Part shown: one piece after another, positions 1-6,052 of the stretch
Layout: each line of letters starts with the position of its first letter
Numbering within the stretch: position 1 is the stretch's first letter
Origin: a virus
Taxonomy: Duplodnaviria; Heunggongvirae; Uroviricota; Caudoviricetes
Reading direction: 5' to 3' (one strand)
IMG/VR virus record: IMGVR_UViG_2778261571_000006
DNA length: 6,249 bases
Translations under genes and position numbers: made by a program
Notes under the pieces: model-generated
The model's input: only the letters and a program-made list of their open reading frames with translations
What the model was told of the DNA's origin: nothing
The model's database searches: none

Positions 1-38
1 ATTTGAAAACAAGAACCTCGCTTAGGCCTGTGTCCATA

Positions 39-308
39 TTACGTGGGTAGGATCACATCACGCAGAACATCATTTTCAGCTTTCGCATCAGCTAACTCCT
101 TCGTGTATTTTGCATCGAGCGCAGCAACATCACGCTGACGCATCTGCATGTCAGTAATTGCCGCGTTCGCCAGCTTCAGTTCTCTGGCATTTTTGTCGCG
201 CTGTTCTTTGTAGGCGATGGCGTTATCACGGTAATGATTAACACCCCATGACAGGCAGACGACGATGCAGATAACCAGAGCGGAGATAATCGCGGTTACT
301 CTGTTCAT
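39..308 (-). pseudogene. Rz-like i-spanin, C-terminally truncated (about 89 aa instead of about 150)
   Basis: ORF 39..320(-). The likely true start is the ATG at 306-308, which overlaps the endolysin TGA stop (ATGA). The N-terminal hydrophobic segment ([19 protein letters not shown]) and [30 protein letters not shown] core match lambdoid Rz as I recall it. The reading frame ends abruptly (…[12 protein letters not shown]), where canonical Rz continues about 60 more residues. Confidence 0.6.
53..88 (-). pseudogene. Rz1 o-spanin remnant (first 11 codons only, embedded in Rz in the +1 frame)
   Basis: Hand translation of the minus strand from the ATG at 86-88 gives [11 protein letters not shown] followed by TGA. 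This matches the start of the lambdoid Rz1 signal peptide but stops before the lipobox. The break coincides with the Rz truncation point. Confidence 0.45.
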
Positions 309-667
309 TGCTGACCCCACAAACAGATTTCACGCTCAATCTCACGACGAGTCATGAGACCTTTCCATTGCTTACCGCCAGCATATGTCCAGCGACGTAG
401 CTGATCACATGCGCCTTTGATATCGCCCTGGTTTATTTTGCGAAGAAGCGTCGATGTTCTGAAATTGCCAGCACCCACGTTGTAAACGAATGAGTAAAGA
501 GCGCCGCGCGTTGTTTCCGGTATATCGACTTTGATGTACGGGTTAATTTGTCTGGCGACCGTGGCAAGGTCTTTATTCAGGAGGGCTTTGCATTCTGCTT
601 TGGTATACGTTTTACCGAGCATGATGTCTTTTCCTGTATGCCCGTGACATACAGTCCATACACCAAC
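305..667 (-). pseudogene. SAR endolysin (phage 21 R-type lysozyme), 3' portion downstream of the IS2 insertion
   Basis: ORF 305..802(-); the residues encoded from 667 down to 305 ([28 protein letters not shown]…EICLWGQQ) read as a lambdoid lysozyme. The ORF's first about 45 residues are encoded by the IS2 left end and are not part of the original gene. Confidence 0.9.
663..667. repeat. Target-site duplication, left copy (CCAAC)
   Basis: The 5 bp immediately outside the IS2 left end are identical to the 5 bp at 1999-2003 outside the right end. Confidence 0.8.
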
Positions 668-758
668 TAGACTGGCCCCCTGAATCTCCAGACAACCAGT
701 ATCACTTAAATAAGTGATAGTCTTAATACTAGTTTTTAGACTAGTCATTGGAGAACAG

Positions 759-1124
759 ATGATTGATGTCTTAGGGCCGGAGAAACGCAGACGGCGTACC
801 ACACAGGAAAAGATCGCAATTGTTCAGCAGAGCTTTGAACCGGGGATGACGGTCTCCCTCGTTGCCCGGCAACATGGTGTAGCAGCCAGCCAGTTATTTC
901 TCTGGCGTAAGCAATACCAGGAAGGAAGTCTTACTGCTGTCGCCGCCGGAGAACAGGTTGTTCCTGCCTCTGAACTTGCTGCCGCCATGAAGCAGATTAA
1001 AGAACTCCAGCGCCTGCTCGGCAAGAAAACGATGGAAAATGAACTCCTCAAAGAAGCCGTTGAATATGGACGGGCAAAAAAGTGGATAGCGCACGCGCCC
1101 TTATTGCCCGGGGATGGGGAGTAA
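759..1124 (+). CDS. insC: IS2 OrfA (InsC), transposase N-terminal DNA-binding component
   Basis: ORF 714..1124(+); the likely true start is the ATG at 759 ([40 protein letters not shown]…), which is preceded by GGAGAACAG. Helix-turn-helix-like N-terminus. 121 aa. Confidence 0.9.
1076..1082 (+). other. Programmed -1 ribosomal frameshift site (A AAA AAG) joining OrfA and OrfB
   Basis: The heptamer A_AAA_AAG sits in the OrfA zero frame (GCA AAA AAG). A -1 slip continues into the OrfB frame (…K K V D S A R A L…). This is the standard IS3-family arrangement. Confidence 0.7.
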
Positions 1125-1987
1125 GCTTAGTCAGCCGTTGTCTCCGGGTGTCGCGTGCGCAGTTGCACTTCATTCTCAGACGAACCGATGACTGGATGGA
1201 TGGCCGCCGCAGTCGTCACACTGATGATACGGATGTGCTTCTCCGTATACACCATGTTATCGGAGAGCTGCCCACGTATGGTTATCGTCGGGTATGGGCG
1301 CAGCTTCGCAGACAGGCAGAACTTGATGGTATGCCTGCGATCAATGCCAAACGTGTTTACCGGATCATGCGCCAGAATGCGCTGTTGCTTGAGCGAAAAC
1401 CTGCTGTACCGCCATCGAAACGGGCACATACAGGCAGAGTGGCCGTGAAAGAAAGCAATCAGCGATGGTGCTCTGACGGGTTCGAGTTCTGCTGTGATAA
1501 CGGAGAGAGACTGCGTGTCACGTTCGCGCTGGACTGCTGTGATCGTGAGGCACTGCACTGGGCGGTGACTACCGGCGGCTTCAACAGTGAAACAGTACAG
1601 GACGTCATGCTGGGAGCGGTGGAACGCCGCTTCGGCAACGATCTTCCGTCGTCTCCAGTGGAGTGGCTGACGGATAATGGTTCATGCTACCGGGCTAATG
1701 AAACACGCCAGTTCGCCCGGATGTTGGGACTTGAACCGAAGAACACGGCGGTGCGGAGTCCGGAGAGTAACGGAATAGCAGAGAGCTTCGTGAAAACGAT
1801 AAAGCGTGACTACATCAGTATCATGCCCAAACCAGACGGGTTAACGGCAGCAAAGAACCTTGCAGAGGCGTTCGAGCATTATAACGAATGGCATCCGCAT
1901 AGTGCGCTGGGTTATCGCTCGCCACGGGAATATCTGCGGCAGCGGGCTTGTAATGGGTTAAGTGATAACAGATGTCTGGAAATATAG
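1082..1987 (+). CDS. insD: IS2 OrfB (InsD), DDE transposase catalytic component, expressed mainly as an OrfAB fusion
   Basis: ORF 1082..1987(+), 301 aa, GTG-initiated in the track ([13 protein letters not shown]…). Contains integrase-core-like motifs (…WCSDGFEF…, …[11 protein letters not shown]…, …ESNGIAESF…). Overlaps OrfA in the -1 frame. Confidence 0.9.
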
Positions 1988-1998
1988 GGGCAAATCCA

Positions 1999-2003
1999 CC
2001 AAC
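1999..2003. repeat. Target-site duplication, right copy (CCAAC)
   Basis: Identical to 663-667. IS2 is known to make 5-bp duplications. Confidence 0.8.
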
Positions 2004-2138
2004 AATATCTTTGTATGGTATGTAGCTGACACCTTCCAGACCATCGTTACCACTTGGGCCAGTGATTAACACTGATGCTATAGCAATTGCTCCGCCACCA
2101 ATAGCAGCAGCAACGGCTTTTCGTAATGATGGAGGCAT
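1999..2138 (-). pseudogene. SAR endolysin (phage 21 R-type), 5' portion upstream of the IS2 insertion
   Basis: ORF 1821..2138(-). The N-terminus [47 protein letters not shown] is a Gly/Ala-rich signal-arrest-release segment. The start ATG at 2136-2138 overlaps the holin stop (TAATG). Removing IS2 and one TSD copy rejoins this to 305..667 in frame: 140 + 363 - 5 = 498 nt, i.e. 165 codons plus stop. Confidence 0.9.
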
Positions 2139-2353
2139 TATTCACCTCTCGCAGCCTTGCGCTTATCTTCTTTAATCTTGAAATAAAGGTTTGTCAGGTA
2201 CGTCAGCAGGCCAAATACCAGACTACCCAGCACACCGATTGCAGCCCACTGTGACGGAGTTACTCTATCGAGCAACTGTAAAAACCAGTAGCCAGCACTG
2301 CCTGCGGAGGTGCCGTAGGCAATGCCTGTTGAAATTTTGTCCATGGATTTCAT
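2138..2353 (-). CDS. Pinholin (phage 21 S-type class II holin) with dual start Met1/Met4
   Basis: ORF 2138..2410(-). The likely true start is the ATG at 2351-2353, preceded by GGAGGTGAGGCT, giving [26 protein letters not shown]…[12 protein letters not shown] (71 aa). Two transmembrane segments and a charged C-terminus. Met1-Lys-Ser-Met4 matches the antiholin/holin dual-start motif. Confidence 0.85.
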
Positions 2354-2453
2354 AGCCTCACCTCCGCACGGAACGGATGGCATAGTTATTATGTGTAGGC
2401 TTTCAGACACATCAATCAGAGCCTTAATTGATATATATGCTGGAGACGATGCA

Positions 2454-2479
2454 ATATAAAAAGCTCGCCGTAGCGAGCT
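2454..2479 (-). terminator. Candidate intrinsic terminator (minus strand) between the lipoprotein genes and the holin
   Basis: 7-bp GC-containing stem AGCTCGC / GCGAGCT (2462-2468 and 2473-2479) with loop CGTA, followed on the minus strand by TTTTATATT. The T-run is short and interrupted. Confidence 0.4.
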
Positions 2480-2604
2480 AATAAAATGTATTTCTCTGAT
2501 ATTATGTTTATTTGTATTAGCTCAGACTTGACATCACAGGTTTCGTATATAGAACATCATCAAATCTGTCAGTTTGCTATGAATGAGATATAGTAATTGA
2601 AGAG

Positions 2605-3000
2605 CTAACCTCGCATGTCAAAGCCAGATTTCTGAAAATCTCTGTAGACTTCCGGATTGTTGAAGGCCGGAAATTTGGCTTTATGAGCTGCGGACTTTAT
2701 CGCTTCGCAATAGGCTTTATCACCGTTACTGGTAGATATTTTTAACGCCGTGCCATCCTGAGAGAATTCCATATGCAACCTGCATTTTTTCCCTTTCCAG
2801 TTATGCGGCTCATCAAGTTTGGCATTAATTGCAGCTCTGATTCCCCGCGCTTGCGCCCCCCATTCATCCTGATCATCCCAGCGTCCTGAACTGCAACTAC
2901 CTGTAGCAGTAGTTTTGTGGCAATCTGAAGGGTGTAAAGGTGTGCATCCCGCAACAAAACCGACCCAAAAAGTCAACATAACGATTTTCTTTAATCCCAC
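2605..3000 (-). CDS. Outer-membrane lipoprotein with a divergent TolA domain III-like C-terminal domain
   Basis: ORF 2605..3000(-), 131 aa, GTG start preceded by GAGGAG at 6-nt spacing. Signal peptide MGLKKIVMLTFWVGFVAGC with lipobox VAG-C and Thr at +2. The C-terminal region (…KGKKCRLHMEFSQDGTALKISTSNGDKAYCEAIKSAAHKAKFPAFNNPEVYRDFQ…) has the same Cys, Gly-Asp and PEVY..F spacing as the neighbouring paralog and TolA. Confidence 0.7.
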   Translation of the reverse strand: MGLKKIVMLTFWVGFVAGCTPLHPSDCHKTTATGSCSSGRWDDQDEWGAQARGIRAAINAKLDEPHNWKGKKCRLHMEFSQDGTALKISTSNGDKAYCEAIKSAAHKAKFPAFNNPEVYRDFQKSGFDMRG

Positions 3001-3150
3001 TTCTTGCTCCTCAATCCATTAAAATCTCAGCAATAGTAGTTGTTACGTCCGCCACTGGCTCAGAGCTGACTATCCGCTAAATTTAGCTCAGTGCCGTAGC
3101 TGTGTCAGAACAAACCTAAGCCGAAACCGTTTATTACAAAACAATAAATA

Positions 3151-3579
3151 TCAGGGTTTAAAATCCAGCACCCCATTTTGAAATACTTTATATACTTCCG
3201 GCGAAGGGGGGGCAGGTATATCAGCATTCTTTATCGCATTCATCGCTTCACGACATAAATCGAGGTCTCCACTTTCTCTTTTAACCTCCAGTAGAAGGCC
3301 ATTCGGGGCCATATGCATTCTCAGTGTACACTCTTTTCCTGAATACTTACTCGCATCCCCGAACTGTTTTTCGATGGCGCTCTTGATTTGATGGGCATAC
3401 AGACGGATATCCTCACTAACATCAGAAGTACGTTCAGATGAACTCACATACTGTGTCTCTATTGCTTTATCGGAGTAATATGATGTACGGTCATGATAAT
3501 TTGTCGATACAGCATCAGTGCACCCGATAATAATCCCACTAATAATCAACGTAAGAATTGATGCGCTACGAAAACCCAT
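3151..3579 (-). CDS. Outer-membrane lipoprotein with a TolA domain III-like C-terminal domain
   Basis: ORF 3151..3579(-), 142 aa, ATG preceded by GAGGAAAA. Signal peptide MGFRSASILTLIISGIIIGC with lipobox IIG-C and Thr at +2, then a Ser/Thr-rich linker. The C-terminal about 85 residues (IRLYAHQIKSAIEKQFGDASKYSGKECTLRMHMAPNGLLLEVKRESGDLDLCREAMNAIKNADIPAPPSPEVYKVFQNGVLDFKP) align closely with the E. coli TolA C-terminus as I recall it (…QIKSAIESKFYDASSYAGKTCTLRIKLAPDGMLLDIKPEGGDPALCQAALAAAKLAKIPKPPSQAVYEVFKNAPLDFKP). Confidence 0.8.
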   Translation of the reverse strand: MGFRSASILTLIISGIIIGCTDAVSTNYHDRTSYYSDKAIETQYVSSSERTSDVSEDIRLYAHQIKSAIEKQFGDASKYSGKECTLRMHMAPNGLLLEVKRESGDLDLCREAMNAIKNADIPAPPSPEVYKVFQNGVLDFKP

Positions 3580-3608
3580 TTTTCCTCACATATGTCATAT
3601 AGTAAAGG

Positions 3609-3638
3609 ATTATATATACCGTTGTTTTGGACGCTCAA
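3609..3638 (-). promoter_or_regulatory. Candidate sigma70 promoter for the lipoprotein pair
   Basis: On the minus strand, TTGAGC (-35-like, 3633-3638) and TATAAT (3609-3614) are separated by 18 nt, about 30 nt upstream of the 3579 start codon. Found by eye only. Confidence 0.3.
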
Positions 3639-3696
3639 ACAGCGAATCAGATCAAATAAAACGCACATTTGTTAACATTTACACAAAGTCTGCGTG

Positions 3697-3717
3697 GGAT
3701 ATTCTGAAAGAATATCC
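3697..3717. promoter_or_regulatory. Perfect 21-bp palindrome GGATATTCT-GAA-AGAATATCC (candidate operator)
   Basis: 9-bp arms with a 3-bp spacer, about 60-100 bp upstream of the candidate lipoprotein promoter. No adjacent T-run on either strand, so it is not terminator-like. Confidence 0.35.
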
Positions 3718-4170
3718 ATAATGTGGAGAGAATCTATTGAAGTGCATGGTGCCGGGTGCCTCCCGGTGAACAAAATGTTCGTGATACCTGTCGGCGACAG
3801 AAAAGGTTAATGGTATCACCCCACCGCACAGGGGGATTCACCATGCAGGAGTTTTCTTAGCAAACTCACTGCGCGCCCGGCAACTCCCAACCACATAAAA
3901 TGCGGAGTTTGTGGTATTTATGCATATAACTCGCAGGAATTATCTTAAAAAACTGATGTCGATCCGGATTAAAAAGAAGCAGGTCATCATCAGATGACTG
4001 GAAAAAAGGAAAACAAAAAATACTCATCATACAGTTTTGATTGCAGGGATGAGCCTGCTATGCACAATATGCAGAATATAAGCAAGATAAAAATATGCAG
4101 GCATATTATTTCGGATTTTGTTATTAACACAACCTTTTTAATAATCATTTGGCATACAATAAACCAGCCC

Positions 4171-4196
4171 AAAAAGAACCGCCTAAACAGGCGGTT
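4171..4196 (-). terminator. Intrinsic terminator (minus strand) in the late-leader region
   Basis: 8-bp stem AACCGCCT / AGGCGGTT (4177-4184 and 4189-4196) with loop AAAC, followed on the minus strand by CTTTTTGGG. Confidence 0.5.
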
Positions 4197-4440
4197 GGTC
4201 AATACAAAGGATGCTTCGTCTTTATTATAGTAATCTGAGGCGTCGGGTGTCTTGTATCAGACAACATATTGTCCCGCTAAACAGCGAATTACAAACCACC
4301 CTGCAATGATCTCTCATCTCATTTTATATGAGTTGACGACATCAGGATAACGCATCATCAGCCCCTGCCAAGAAATATCAAAACTCCCGCCAGCAATGTG
4401 TTATCACAATATTGTAAAAAAAACACAGCACCGAAACTAT

Positions 4441-4479
4441 AACTGGTCTCTGTTATAATTTGGAGCAGAAAGACCAGTT
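4441..4479. repeat. 9-bp inverted repeat (AACTGGTCT … AGACCAGTT) enclosing a TATAAT hexamer
   Basis: Arms at 4441-4449 and 4471-4479; the 21-nt spacer contains TATAAT at 4454-4459. Confidence 0.3.
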
Positions 4480-4516
4480 GCCCAACTAGCAGCATTCTCC
4501 CCTGCTTTCCTGACGT

Positions 4517-4543
4517 AAAAAAACCGCATTAAGCGGTTTTTTT
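4517..4543. terminator. Bidirectional intrinsic terminator just downstream of the Q-like gene (tR'-like position)
   Basis: AAAAAAACCGC-ATTAA-GCGGTTTTTTT: a GC stem flanked by a 7-A run and a 7-T run, so it is U-tailed on both strands. It lies about 80-105 nt downstream of the stop at 4624 on the minus strand. Confidence 0.6.
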
Positions 4544-4623
4544 ACGATGTCCATGTCTGCAATCCGCCTCGCGATACAGCTTTGCGAAGCATAGCAAAAT
4601 TGAAGCAGTTTATACGTAAGAAA

Positions 4624-5166
4624 TCAAGCCATTTTCTCAGCAAATGATTCACGCATGGGAATATATAGGGCATACTCAGCAACAGCTAACCAATTAGCAA
4701 TCCGTTTTTCGCATGTGCTAAAACACCACTCTGGGTGTGCATCATTTAGCAATTCAGCCATTTTGCGCTTAGTCATCCCCCGCCCTTCATAGCGTTGCCG
4801 GAGAATGCAAATCAATCCTGGATGCTCTGCCAGCACCTCACTTATGACTCGATCAATACATAACGCCTCTGCATCAGTACAATGCGCCAGCCAGCTCTTT
4901 TGCTTGCCGTTGATCATCTCTCGCAAAAACGCTTCCAGCTCAGCTTTCTCTATTCCCGCTTTTTTCATTCTGCGCAGGGCTTCATTAATGGCTGTTTTCG
5001 TCAGTTTTTTGGATGCCAACAACTGATTGAACATATTCCCTGACCTGCCACCGCCAATATACGACCAGCGCCCCCACATACGTAGTTTTCCCTGAATCCA
5101 GACACTTTCCAGCGTGGTGAGGCGAAGGTGTTCTCCGCTTTTTCCTGTATTCGTTGGGTAAATCAT
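4624..5166 (-). CDS. Candidate late-gene antiterminator (Q-like, phage 82/21-type); family assignment uncertain
   Basis: ORF 4624..5166(-), 180 aa, ATGA-overlapped with the upstream gene. It is the last gene before the terminator and leader region that precedes the lysis genes, which is where Q sits in lambdoid phages. It has an RMWGRW motif reminiscent of the ERWGAW motif I recall in Q82-family antiterminators, and several Cys residues. Confidence 0.5.
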   Translation of the reverse strand: MIYPTNTGKSGEHLRLTTLESVWIQGKLRMWGRWSYIGGGRSGNMFNQLLASKKLTKTAINEALRRMKKAGIEKAELEAFLREMINGKQKSWLAHCTDAEALCIDRVISEVLAEHPGLICILRQRYEGRGMTKRKMAELLNDAHPEWCFSTCEKRIANWLAVAEYALYIPMRESFAEKMA

Positions 5167-5453
5167 AAATGACCTTTCTTTCTCCAGATTTCTTGTGTGC
5201 GAAAAACCCCTTCAGCATGCATCAGGCGCAATTCTTCTTTGGTGTAATCGCTGGTTTTTACCCGCCCGTCGATTAGATCGTGGCATGAGCTACAGGCTAT
5301 CGCCGCCTGCATATCGTGTGGTTTTGTCGCTGTTCCGCACGTCCCCGCCAGCCTGTAATGCGCCAGCACAGAGGTTTCGGGATTGTGATTGCAGTAGCCA
5401 GGGATTCTGATCTGGCACATCTGGCCTTTAGCCGCTTTACGTAAATTCACCAT
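5163..5453 (-). CDS. YbcO-like DUF1364 protein (Cys/His-rich, putative metal-binding nuclease of the nin region)
   Basis: ORF 5163..5453(-), 96 aa: MVNLRKAAKGQMCQIRIPGYCNHNPETSVLAHYRLAGTCGTATKPHD…ACSSCHDLID. This resembles the cryptic-prophage YbcO protein as I recall it (same length, conserved CQ.RIPG.CN.NPETSVLAH motif). Confidence 0.7.
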   Translation of the reverse strand: MVNLRKAAKGQMCQIRIPGYCNHNPETSVLAHYRLAGTCGTATKPHDMQAAIACSSCHDLIDGRVKTSDYTKEELRLMHAEGVFRTQEIWRKKGHL

Positions 5454-6052
5454 TACGCAAACTCCAGTAGTTGTGCGGCCACATTTTCAACTTCCTCCTG
5501 AGAGGAGAATTTACGGAACAGAATCCAGTTCCACAGCACATTCAGTACAGATTTATAAACCTGCTGAAACTCGACTTCGTCCATATTCGCAAAAGCGATG
5601 GATTTTGCCCGACGCCCACGGCTACCGTCCGGATAAATATGCTCGGTGTAAAATCCGGCCTGAATGGTTACCCACTCGCGGAAAGCCTCAAACGACTTTA
5701 GCAACGCCGTATCCCGGGTTCTACGAGTCGCAACGGTGTTAAGGTATTGCTCTGCGGCATCACTCAGGGCTGGCGTGTGTTCCCGACCAACTGATTCGCA
5801 CAGGTAATCAACGAAACCAGACAGCAGTTCTCGTTCGCGAGGCGTGATCGCCCCACCGACCGGAGTCCAGTAATCGAATCCCAGTTGCAGGAGTTTGAAA
5901 AAACGCTTGTGGAATGCGTAGTTACGCACACGCTTAAAGTCTGCGTGTATCCACTCACCTATTTTGATTTGATGCAGAAAATCGCAACTCTCCGGCGTCG
6001 CCGGGAGAAGTAAACCAGAAGAAGTTTGTTTGACCAGTTGTATATGCGCCAT
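5453..6052 (-). CDS. Phage nin-region protein of unknown function (possibly DUF1367 family)
   Basis: ORF 5453..6052(-), 199 aa. Its stop overlaps the start of the downstream DUF1364 gene, consistent with translational coupling. Long uninterrupted frame with codon usage matching its neighbours. The family name is from memory and is not verified. Confidence 0.6.
   Translation of the reverse strand: MAHIQLVKQTSSGLLLPATPESCDFLHQIKIGEWIHADFKRVRNYAFHKRFFKLLQLGFDYWTPVGGAITPRERELLSGFVDYLCESVGREHTPALSDAAEQYLNTVATRRTRDTALLKSFEAFREWVTIQAGFYTEHIYPDGSRGRRAKSIAFANMDEVEFQQVYKSVLNVLWNWILFRKFSSQEEVENVAAQLLEFA

Larger units (their letters stand above)
668..1998 (+). mobile_element. IS2 (IS3 family), complete 1331-bp copy
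   Basis: Left end TAGACTGGCCCCCTGAATCTCCAGACAACC… and right end …GGAAATATAGGGGCAAATCCA match the IS2 terminal inverted repeats as I recall them. It carries the two overlapping transposase ORFs and is flanked by a 5-bp direct repeat. Confidence 0.95.

Noticed and set aside
714-758. N-terminal extension of the IS2 OrfA ORF (track start at 714)
   Set aside because: The ATG at 759 is preceded by a Shine-Dalgarno-like GGAGAACAG and gives the canonical MIDVLGPEK start. The upstream extension lies in the IS2 terminal repeat.
668-802. First about 45 codons of ORF 305..802(-) ([11 protein letters not shown]…)
   Set aside because: These residues are encoded by the IS2 left end read antisense. They are an artefact of the insertion, not part of the endolysin.
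824-1558. Minus-strand ORFs inside IS2 (824..1051, 894..1094, 1127..1558) and plus-strand ORF 1155..1448
   Set aside because: They overlap the well-supported IS2 transposase frames in other frames or antisense. No independent coding signal; treated as chance ORFs.
1821-1998. C-terminal part of ORF 1821..2138(-) beyond the endolysin N-terminus
   Set aside because: After codon 46 the frame runs into IS2 sequence; only 1999..2138 is endolysin.
2354-2410. 19-codon N-terminal extension of the holin ORF ([19 protein letters not shown]…)
   Set aside because: The internal ATG at 2353 has a strong Shine-Dalgarno sequence (GGAGGTGA) and gives the canonical 71-aa dual-start pinholin. The extension has no ribosome-binding site.
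2742-2957. ORF 2742..2957(-), 71 aa, overlapping the 131-aa lipoprotein gene in another frame
   Set aside because: Fully embedded in a better-supported gene; no ribosome-binding site or recognisable features.
3721-3900. Possible tRNA gene in the leader, as found between Q and stx in some lambdoid phages
   Set aside because: Inspection of both strands found no acceptor-stem/T-loop (GGTTCGANTCC-like) arrangement. A covariance-model search would be needed to be sure.
3518-4230. ORFs 3518..3721(+), 3990..4202(-) and 3994..4230(+) in the AT-rich leader
   Set aside because: Low-complexity, AT-driven translations. The start of 3990..4202 is formed by the terminator hairpin itself. No convincing ribosome-binding sites. 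A small-protein gene cannot be fully excluded.
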